From positions 1 through 54,010 of the IMG/VR virus record IMGVR_UViG_3300028146_000003: a stretch of 54,010 nucleotides of DNA; one strand, 5' to 3'. The DNA is from a virus (Duplodnaviria > Caudoviricetes). The notes beneath the pieces were generated by a model. It was not told where the DNA came from. It made no database searches and saw nothing but the letters and a program-made list of their open reading frames with translations. The stretch's first letter is position 1. Each line of letters begins with the position of its first letter. The position numbers were made by a program, and so were the translations under genes. Of this stretch, positions 38,699 through 46,500 are shown in pieces.

Positions 38699-39522
38699 CG
38701 GTACTTCGCCTCGATGTAGACGCCGGTGATGGTGTTGGAGCCGTCGGTGTCGGCGCCGCCGCCGACGACGCAGAACCCGAGCCCCAGGGTGTACGTCTCC
38801 GGGTCGTTCGGGATCGCCAGGCCGCCGCCCGACGACGATGTGCCGAACGGGATCGGGTACACGTGCTTGAGGCCGGTCGCGCTGTTGCATGCCGGGGCGG
38901 CGGCGAGGTCATAGAGTTTCAGGTAGGCCAGCGCCGCGCCCGTGTTGATCGGGACGATGGAGCACAGGGTCCGCGCGCCGGTGGCGATCAGCGTCGAATT
39001 GCTCGACGCGGCCGTGCCGTTCGGAAGATGGTATGGCGTGCATGGCGCCCCAGTGACCGGCTGTGACGTGGTTCCGGTTGGGTCAACACGAAGCGGTGCG
39101 GCGGACGTACCAATCTGGTTGCCAGAAGCATCGTTTATAGCTACGTCAACCAGACGCGCGGAACCGACCGACTTACCAGTAACGCCGGTCAGATTCCCAC
39201 CAATATTGACACCACTATAAATAGCGTTCGGCGGTACTACCGATCCGGTAGGTGCTGTGCCCGCATTGACGGCACCGATCAGGTTACCGCTCGCGGCTGT
39301 GTCCACAACCCACGGCACGGTGCCTTGAGTGACAGACGTACTCCCGCTGGCACCGTCACAGAGTTTACCCGTTGCGTCCATCGTCAGGTAGCCGTACGTC
39401 GCGGCAGCGAGCGATTGCGATCCGCACGACGACACGATCAGGGCCTGCCCCGGTTGCTGTGCGTTCGCGGGCGCAATGAAGGCACCCAATGCCAATAAAA
39501 CGAAAAGCAGGATTCTGTTCAT
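38695..39522 (-). CDS. Signal-peptide protein, fibre/adhesin-like
   Basis: MNRILLFVLLALGAFIAPANA-QQ; Cys pairs; YLKLYDLAAAP C-terminal domain. Confidence 0.72.
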   Translation of the reverse strand: MNRILLFVLLALGAFIAPANAQQPGQALIVSSCGSQSLAAATYGYLTMDATGKLCDGASGSTSVTQGTVPWVVDTAASGNLIGAVNAGTAPTGSVVPPNAIYSGVNIGGNLTGVTGKSVGSARLVDVAINDASGNQIGTSAAPLRVDPTGTTSQPVTGAPCTPYHLPNGTAASSNSTLIATGARTLCSIVPINTGAALAYLKLYDLAAAPACNSATGLKHVYPIPFGTSSSGGGLAIPNDPETYTLGLGFCVVGGGADTDGSNTITGVYIEAKYR

Positions 39523-39830
39523 CGTGCGCGCCCCGTGTCGATCTTCTCGATTACCCCCGTAAACGCAGTCGCGCCGACCACGACCATGCTGTACTGACCC
39601 GCCGGCAAATCGAGAACTTGGTAACCCGCTGCAGCGGCCACTGGCATGACAGGCGCGTACGTTGCGCCGTCAGGCAGCAACCTTTTGAGCTGATAGCTCG
39701 TAAAACCGGCAGTCTGCACAGTGAGACCGTACCGTCCAGCGTCCAGATTGAAATCGGTGGCGGGCGTTGCGGCGAGCGCGGCCCACGACTGATAGCTTCG
39801 CGGTATGTTCTTTACGGGGTTAGCGGCCAC
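39519..39830 (-). CDS. Putative small structural protein
   Basis: GTG start, beta-rich (LPDGATY, LPAGQY), ATGA coupling downstream. Confidence 0.6.
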   Translation of the reverse strand: MAANPVKNIPRSYQSWAALAATPATDFNLDAGRYGLTVQTAGFTSYQLKRLLPDGATYAPVMPVAAAAGYQVLDLPAGQYSMVVVGATAFTGVIEKIDTGRAR

Positions 39831-39874
39831 TGGTTTCAGCCCTTTGCTGGATGACGCGATGCCACGGGAACAGC

Positions 39875-40936
39875 CTATCTGCTCGCTTGAGCGTAACTAC
39901 CGAAGTCCGTCGATACGCCATATTGTCGGCCACTACCGCCGTAACCGCGAGCCAAACCATGCACACGAAGAACGCGCCCCACAGCAGCAAGAGCCAGAAA
40001 CGAAGTGACCGGCATGAAGAGAGGCATCGAATAGCAGCCAGCCACAGCGAACGCGAGAACGATGGGCCATTCTTTAACGTCTGTACGCCAGAGCGCGTAG
40101 CCGAACACAGGGAGCAGGAGTGCTGCACCAATCCCGTATTCGAATGCAAGCTGGAGAGCGTCATTGTGTACGTATTCCGGGTAGAACGAATAGGAGCCGT
40201 CCTGCGGCATCGCGATAGTATAAAACACACCCGGCCCCCAGCCAAGCCATTTCAGATTGGCCCATGCGGTGTTCCAAATCGACATGCGCAGTGCATCGCT
40301 CGGCAGTAGCGGCGTGAACAAGTAAAACGCGCCCGCAACCCCGACAGCGCCAAGTACCCAAAGACGGCGCACATAGCACGCGAGCGCGCCCACCGCGAGC
40401 GCAATCCACGCACCGCGCGAATGAGCCATAAACACCCCCGGCATGATCGGAATCGTCCAAAGCCACATGCGCTCCGAGACCAGAGCGACGGCGATCAAGG
40501 CCAGTATCAGACCCTGCTGGACGCTACTGATGTACAGACCAGGCATAGAGCCGGCGTCATTCGACGCCACTGTTAGCACAAGATCCCACCCGAAGTATTG
40601 CAGAACCGCCAGCGCCGACGACACCGACGCACCAACGGCCAAACCGGCATAAAGGCCCCTCATGTTCGTTGCGACGGTGCCGAACCACACGGACAGCCCC
40701 ATGATGACGATCAGCCACAGCCCAAATACGCTGGCGTACGGAGCGGGGCTGAACGGCAATCGAGCGGCGGCGTAGGCGACAAACGCCAAACCCGCCGCGT
40801 GGAACGCGGTAAATAGCCCGCTGCGCAACAACCCGAAAGACAGCAGCACAGCCAACACGGGCCATTGCGTGGCAATGTACGCCCCGGTGACGCCGGGGAC
40901 GTAGCAAAGCGACACAACGGCCCCTAACCAGAACAT
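39875..40936 (-). CDS. O-antigen ligase / O-oligosaccharyltransferase-like integral membrane protein (Wzy_C family)
   Basis: Many TM segments; HSRGAWIAL, R..IW..A, GWGPG, HNDALQLAFEYGIG hallmark motifs. Confidence 0.82.
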   Translation of the reverse strand: MFWLGAVVSLCYVPGVTGAYIATQWPVLAVLLSFGLLRSGLFTAFHAAGLAFVAYAAARLPFSPAPYASVFGLWLIVIMGLSVWFGTVATNMRGLYAGLAVGASVSSALAVLQYFGWDLVLTVASNDAGSMPGLYISSVQQGLILALIAVALVSERMWLWTIPIMPGVFMAHSRGAWIALAVGALACYVRRLWVLGAVGVAGAFYLFTPLLPSDALRMSIWNTAWANLKWLGWGPGVFYTIAMPQDGSYSFYPEYVHNDALQLAFEYGIGAALLLPVFGYALWRTDVKEWPIVLAFAVAGCYSMPLFMPVTSFLALAAVGRVLRVHGLARGYGGSGRQYGVSTDFGSYAQASR

Positions 40937-40957
40937 TGGTCGATCTTTCGCGCCGGC

Positions 40958-41497
40958 TTAGTGCGCCCCGATGGCAAACTGAAGGATGGTGGCACCCGGA
41001 CCGTTTCCGCCGTAGGCGCACACGCGCGCTTGCGTGTAGAACGGAATGTCGGCGCCGACTGCCGCCTGTACGAGCGCAATTCCCGCTGTCGGCGGCGCCG
41101 CAGGACATGCAGCACCCCACGAGACTGCCGTACTCGATGCAACGGTCATGGCGGCCGATAGCGTGATGGTTACACCGCTGTATGCGCCGACGGTGGTGCC
41201 CGATGTGATGCCCGTGCCGGAAATGACGCACCCGACACACGGAACCGTCGTCGGTGTCGCCGTCAGCGTCAGAGTCGTTGACGATCCCGACGTACTGCCG
41301 ACGCCAGATCCTTGCGACGTGAACAGCCCGAAGTTGCCGCCGAGCGTACGGATCTCGGTCGGCCCGTTGCCGAGGTCAACGACGGTCCTCGCATTGATAT
41401 TTGTCGGGACCGCAACCACCGTTTGCGCGAAAGCCTGGAGCGGGATCAACGCAACCAGCGCAACCGCCAACGCAGCGCGGAACTTAGTGAGCTTCAT
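40958..41497 (-). CDS. Signal-peptide Ser/Thr-rich protein, stand-alone paralogue of the tailspike N-terminal module
   Basis: MKLTKFRAALAVALVALIPLQAFA-QT; FTSQGSG.GSTSG.STTLTLTATP, WGAAC and YTQARVC are shared with 31218-33146. Confidence 0.75.
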   Translation of the reverse strand: MKLTKFRAALAVALVALIPLQAFAQTVVAVPTNINARTVVDLGNGPTEIRTLGGNFGLFTSQGSGVGSTSGSSTTLTLTATPTTVPCVGCVISGTGITSGTTVGAYSGVTITLSAAMTVASSTAVSWGAACPAAPPTAGIALVQAAVGADIPFYTQARVCAYGGNGPGATILQFAIGAH

Positions 41498-41560
41498 GTG
41501 ATATTCCCTTCGTTCCTGTGTCCACGCGCCGTTAGGCGCTTAGTGAAGCGCTACGTACGG

Positions 41561-42298
41561 CTAGTCGGCGATGAATGCGCCGGTGCCCTTATAGTGGCGG
41601 GTGAGATTGAACTGCACTTCGGCGACGGCACCGGCCGAAGTCGGATCGTTGCCGATTTGCTCGCTGCTGTTGAGAATGCGGAGCGGCAACGTAGACGTGG
41701 TTTGGAACGTCGCCGGATCGAGCGATACACCCGAAATGCCGAACCGCGTCGATTGCTGAGCGGCGTTCGCTTTCACGTCGATGCCCTCGCCGAGAATGAG
41801 GTTGAACGCGGTAGCCGGGACGGTCGGCATCGTCGCGGTCATGACAACCATCGGATCGGTTTCGACAAACGCCCAACATTCGGTGGACGCTGGCGCGTAC
41901 TGAAAACTGTTCTTCGCTTGGTACAGCGTGATCGGTCCCCAGCCGACGATGACGCCGGCAATGACGCTAGTGGTGTCGCCCGGCACCCATCGCGAAATGT
42001 TCGGCGCCATGCTGGCGTTACCGAGCAACGTGCCGCCGCCGTTGCCGATGACGACAGACGAAGTGGACGGCGAGCCGATGTTCTGGGGCAGGTCGCCAGC
42101 GCCGGGCACGCCGATCGAGCCCGAGGCCCACACGGCGATGTCGCCACGAAATAGCGCGGCGGCGTTGGTGGCCGGGACGTGAAAAATGCGTACAGATGCC
42201 GTTACTTGCGAAGCCCCGCTGCCGGGATTCGCAGGAAGCAAGCCGCTGTAGTGCCGAAATCCGCCGCCCAACGTGCCGGCGTTGACGATGTTGACCAT
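41561..42298 (-). CDS. Putative capsid cement/decoration protein
   Basis: ALFRGDI, GVIVG, VETDP, TLPLRIL: resembles proteins usually encoded just before this capsid type (recollection, not searched). Confidence 0.6.
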   Translation of the reverse strand: MVNIVNAGTLGGGFRHYSGLLPANPGSGASQVTASVRIFHVPATNAAALFRGDIAVWASGSIGVPGAGDLPQNIGSPSTSSVVIGNGGGTLLGNASMAPNISRWVPGDTTSVIAGVIVGWGPITLYQAKNSFQYAPASTECWAFVETDPMVVMTATMPTVPATAFNLILGEGIDVKANAAQQSTRFGISGVSLDPATFQTTSTLPLRILNSSEQIGNDPTSAGAVAEVQFNLTRHYKGTGAFIAD

Positions 42299-42412
42299 TG
42301 GAGCTGCCTTTCGATGGGCACAAGAAAATCGATGGGCGGCAGGCTAACGGCAAAAATGTCATACCGCAAGGGTTAGTATTGCGATTTTTAGCGTGTCATA
42401 CATTTAGTGGTG

Positions 42413-42441
42413 TTGACACGCGCTCATTAACGTGCTACTGT
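42413..42441 (+). promoter_or_regulatory. Sigma70-like promoter
   Basis: TTGACA-N17-TACTGT, followed by a GGAGG RBS before ATG 42475. Confidence 0.7.
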
Positions 42442-42474
42442 ACATGTGTGTACAACACTGGAGGGCTTGAAATT

Positions 42475-42681
42475 ATGAAGTTGAAACTCTACATGGTAAG
42501 CGCCCCCGGCGAGACGCGTGAGTTTTGGACGCATATTAGCGCGGAGCAGTGGCGCGCCAAAAAAAGCGGATCACGTCTTTACTACTGGATTGGGGGAGAA
42601 TGGGTCGAATTAATACGGCTCTCAGACAGAATCAAAGAACTTGAAAAACGCATGCGTGATCTTGAGGTTAATAAGCTATGA
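42475..42681 (+). CDS. Small hypothetical protein
   Basis: Promoter and RBS upstream; C-terminal coiled coil. Confidence 0.65.
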   Translation: MKLKLYMVSAPGETREFWTHISAEQWRAKKSGSRLYYWIGGEWVELIRLSDRIKELEKRMRDLEVNKL

Positions 42682-42869
42682 TGCCCTGGGAAACCCCGCC
42701 TGTACAGGATGCGCTCGCGATACCCGCGTTCCTGAAACGCGATGCCAACAACATCGCGCCGTACATGAACGTGACGTTAGTCAACCCTGACGGCGCACAC
42801 CCGTGGTTCGCTAACTTGTGGTCCGCCACCAGCCACGACAAACCAAAAGAACACCCGTGGGAAAAATGA
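42678..42869 (+). CDS. Small protein with an FtsZ C-terminal-peptide-like motif
   Basis: QDALAIPAFLKRDAN; GAGG RBS; ATGA coupling. Confidence 0.65.
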   Translation: MMPWETPPVQDALAIPAFLKRDANNIAPYMNVTLVNPDGAHPWFANLWSATSHDKPKEHPWEK

Positions 42870-42967
42870 TACCGCGCAATGAAATCGAAGCCTGGGCCGT
42901 CGTCGTTTTGTTCAATCCGGTGACGTGGTTCGTCGTGATTCTAGTCGCCGTCCTGCTCAGTCTCTGA
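42866..42967 (+). CDS. 33-aa single-TM peptide (not in ORF track)
   Basis: MIPRNEIEAWAVVVLFNPVTWFVVILVAVLLSL; ATGA coupling. Confidence 0.5.
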   Translation: MIPRNEIEAWAVVVLFNPVTWFVVILVAVLLSL

Positions 42968-43265
42968 GATAATCTTCGATACTGAGTCCTACTTGAACCT
43001 CGGTCTTGGCATTCCACGTCTTGCTTTCATTCCGCATGGCCGCGCGTACGACGCCGGTTACGCCACTGTCGCGCGCCCGCTCAAATAGCAAGATTTCGCC
43101 TTCAGCGAGCGCCTTGTCTATTTCGGGGTCGTCTTTCACCGCGCTCCACTCGATACCGGCGGCGCGTGATGCCAGTTCCGGCGGCACGCCTTCCCGCAAC
43201 CGCTCAAGCATGATCTCGTGCGGTGTCGTTGCTTTTGGTTTTTGTGTGAACAACCACGGGAACAT
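42957..43265 (-). CDS. Putative terminase small subunit
   Basis: HTH-like LERLREG...ASRAAGI, DPEIDKAL..GE helical core, C-terminal beta strand; no better TerS candidate seen. Confidence 0.45.
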   Translation of the reverse strand: MFPWLFTQKPKATTPHEIMLERLREGVPPELASRAAGIEWSAVKDDPEIDKALAEGEILLFERARDSGVTGVVRAAMRNESKTWNAKTEVQVGLSIEDYLRD

Positions 43266-43272
43266 TGCGTGC

Positions 43273-43509
43273 CTACTTGACGGAGGCAGTAGATTGCACT
43301 ACCGTACGCGAACGTACAACGCACGGAGAGCATAGATGATAATCGGAGTGGACATGAAAAAAGAAAAAAGACTGTACGTCGTACAATGGAACGGTGAATC
43401 GCCAAACTCTGTTATTGACGCCCTGAAAGCGCAACTTGAATCGGCTAAACTCATCTGGCCAGAATTGAAAGAGTACCAAATAACTAAAAAGTAGCCGTAG
43501 GAACTTCAT
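43273..43509 (-). CDS. Possible low-GC hydrophobic protein
   Basis: ATGA coupling to the upstream large gene, GGAG RBS; atypical composition. Confidence 0.35.
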   Translation of the reverse strand: MKFLRLLFSYLVLFQFWPDEFSRFKLRFQGVNNRVWRFTVPLYDVQSFFFFHVHSDYHLCSPCVVRSRTVVQSTASVK

Positions 43510-46500
43510 GGCGAAGCTCCTACGCCCTGTACAGCGGCACGCTGTCCGATCGTACCGCCGACATTGCGCGCGGTTTGACCGCCACCGCTCGGCAGCCCGC
43601 TCAAGATATCTGAGAACTTAGCTGGACTACCGGCTGCGCGTTCCTGCATCCAACGGTTAAAGCTACCGATCATCCGAACGTAACTAACCATCTTTCCAAG
43701 GTACGGCGTTTTTTCAACCGCCATGATGTTGTAGATGCCTTTTTCATAGTTCGGGCTGTTGTTGACTGCATTGCGCATCGCGTTCCAGGCTGCAATCGCA
43801 GTGGGGTCTCCAGCCGCAAAAGCCTTGAACTTCTGATCGGCTTCGCGGCCAGCGGCGCCTTTGAGGCCCGCAGCCTGGACGAGATCGCCGCCGTTCGTCG
43901 CATCCATCAAACGCCGGTAGCGCACGTCAAGCGCATTGAGCCGCTGCATGACTTGCGGCCCCTGTTTCGCACCAAACACGTAATCGGCCGCCTTGGCTTG
44001 CTGCGTACGCACGGTATCGGCAAGCGTTCGCATGTCCTTCGCCGTCTGAGTCTTGCCGGCTTCGGTGCTACTCAGCGCATCACGTTCAGCTTGCAGCAAA
44101 TTCGAACGCGCGTCCTGCAATTGCTGCCATTTTTCCTGCCAATTCGCAGCAGGCGCCGTAATTGCCATCTCCGTACGTTCGGCGAGTTCAGCATGCGCAG
44201 CCGAAACCTGCTTGCTTGCAACGGCAGCCATCGGGCCGTCAGCCAGTTTAGGCGCGGCTTTCACGGCGCCGACGCCTTTTGCACCGACTTCGGCCTTCAA
44301 TTGTTGGTAGCCTTGGCCGATATCTCGCTGTTCCAACGCGCCGGGCTTGCTGACTTGCGCTTCTTGCAGCGGCACGCCTTCCGAGCTGACTCGGTGTGCG
44401 TACGCCGCTTCCTCCGGGTTTAAACCGGCGTCCTTCAGCGTCTTTTCGGCCTTATCCTTGGCCGCCTCTGCTGCGACATACTTCGGATTGTCCGTTGCGG
44501 CCGCACCGGCAGCGCCTGGTATCTTCGGCGATTCGGTTTCCAGCACTTTGGCACTGTCCGCATACGTCTTCGCAGCGGCTTGCACGCCGGCTTTGGCATC
44601 GGGCGAAAACAAACTGAACACCTTGTGGCCCACCATACCGAGCGCGCGGCCGAACGCTTCACCGCCAGCCGCTTCCGCCGCACCTTTCACGCCCGCGTCA
44701 ATCACATCAGGACCGCTACCGCCTTCAACCGCCTTCGCGCCAGCTTCAATCGCACCGCTGCCGACGACGCGACCCGCTGCCGCCAACAACGGGCGCGCTT
44801 CCGACGCCACGCCGAGCACGCCGCCGAGTGCCGCCTGTTCCGCGATCTTCGCCGGGCTTTGCGGGTTGCCTTGTACGTAATCCTTCAACGCTTGGCCGGC
44901 ACCGCTGCCAGCCGCGCCACCAGCAACAGCACCAGCCGGCCCGCCCGCCGCGCCGCCAGCCAGCGCGCCAACGGTCCCGAGCGCTGCGGGCGCTATGCCG
45001 GCGAGCCCCTGTTTCGTCTGCGGCCATTGCGCGGCCTGTTCCTCGGGTGTCGGCCCCGGTGCCGATGTATCGATGCCGCGCCGCGCCAGTGATTCGCGCT
45101 GCTTTGGCGTCAGGTACGCGGTTTCGGCCGGTGACGCAGGCGCGGCGGGTTGCGGCGCTCCAGCCCCCACGGCATCCGCATAGCGTTGCAACACCGTGGC
45201 AACGGTCGGCTTGCCCTTGAAAAACATCGGATTGTTGCGCGCCGCAGCCTCGCCGACGATCGAGCGCGCATCCGCGTTAGGATCTGCCTGCATCAGCTTA
45301 GCACCGCCCGCCGCGCCGAGATTGTGCGCGACGTACAGCGAAGTATCGTTGACGGGCAGCCCGGCGGTAGCGAGCGCCGTGGCGTTTCGTGCGGTAAAAT
45401 TGGATAGGAAGTCCGCTTGCTGCTGCGGCGTGGCATCGGCCGCACGCGCGGGCGCCCCCGGCGGCTTGTACTGATCCCAGGTGCCTTTGATTGCCTGGAA
45501 CGCACCCGACGCACTGCTATTCGGGGTGCCCGAAGTCCACGGATTGCGCTCGTTGCCACTTTCGATTCGCTGGAGCGATGCGACGTACGCAGGAGAAGCA
45601 CCAGGCGGCAATGCGACGTTGACTTGCTGGCCGGCGACTGTGACGGGCTGCGGTGCTGCGCTTGGAGGGGTTCCTGCGCCGCCGCCTACACTTGGGGGCG
45701 ACGACGGCGGCGCAGGGCTCGCATCCCCACCCGGTTGCGGAGCGCCACCACCTTGCCCCGCTTGCTGTACGGGTGTCAAGAGGGGCTGTGCGCCGGGAAG
45801 CTGGTTATACGGCTGCGAGCCCGGCGGCATGCCGATCGCCGACGCGCCGGGGCGTTGCGCGCCGAGCTGCAGCACGCCATCGCCGCCGCCGATCGCCTGG
45901 AAATTTGGACGCATGCGTGCAATCTGCGCTTGCCGGCCCTCTTCGATTGCTGCGTTTACGCTGTCGCCAGCTTCGTCTTTGCCAAGGCCCAAAGCATCGG
46001 GACCAAAGCCGAGCGCGCCCGCACGCCGCGCCACCGCAAGCGAACGATCCGTAATGCTGCTGCCCGTGTAGCCTTTCAGGCCGTCCAACACTTGCCGCTG
46101 CTGTTGCTCCGTAAGCTGCGTAAGGTACGGTCGCACTTGCTCGCCGGTAAGCGTATTCATCGCGCCGGCATAAGCCGTCTGGATTTTGTCGAATACCGAT
46201 TGCACGGCGCCGCGCTTGTCGCTTTCGATGTTCAGCAATCCCGCAGTGGCGCCGCCTGTGCCGCCGCGAAGCATCGATGCCAGCCCTTCAGCGATGCCCT
46301 GCTGTACGTTCGGATTGTCGTTGATGAACGTCTTGCGGCCCGTCTTGGGGTCCACTGCGCCGCCGCTGGGAATCGCATTGCCCTTTGCGTCCTGCGTGGC
46401 AAGCGCGTACGTGCGGTTGAAGTTGCGGTATTTCTCCAAATCCTTTTCAGGGACTGCGGTGGCGAAGTCCTTGCCGATCTGCGTGCGCTGTTCCGCATTG

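Noticed and set aside
16366-42440. CtrA boxes (TTAA-N7-TTAA) at promoters
   Set aside because: Only isolated TTAA half-sites were seen (about 16373 and 42427), with no full consensus.
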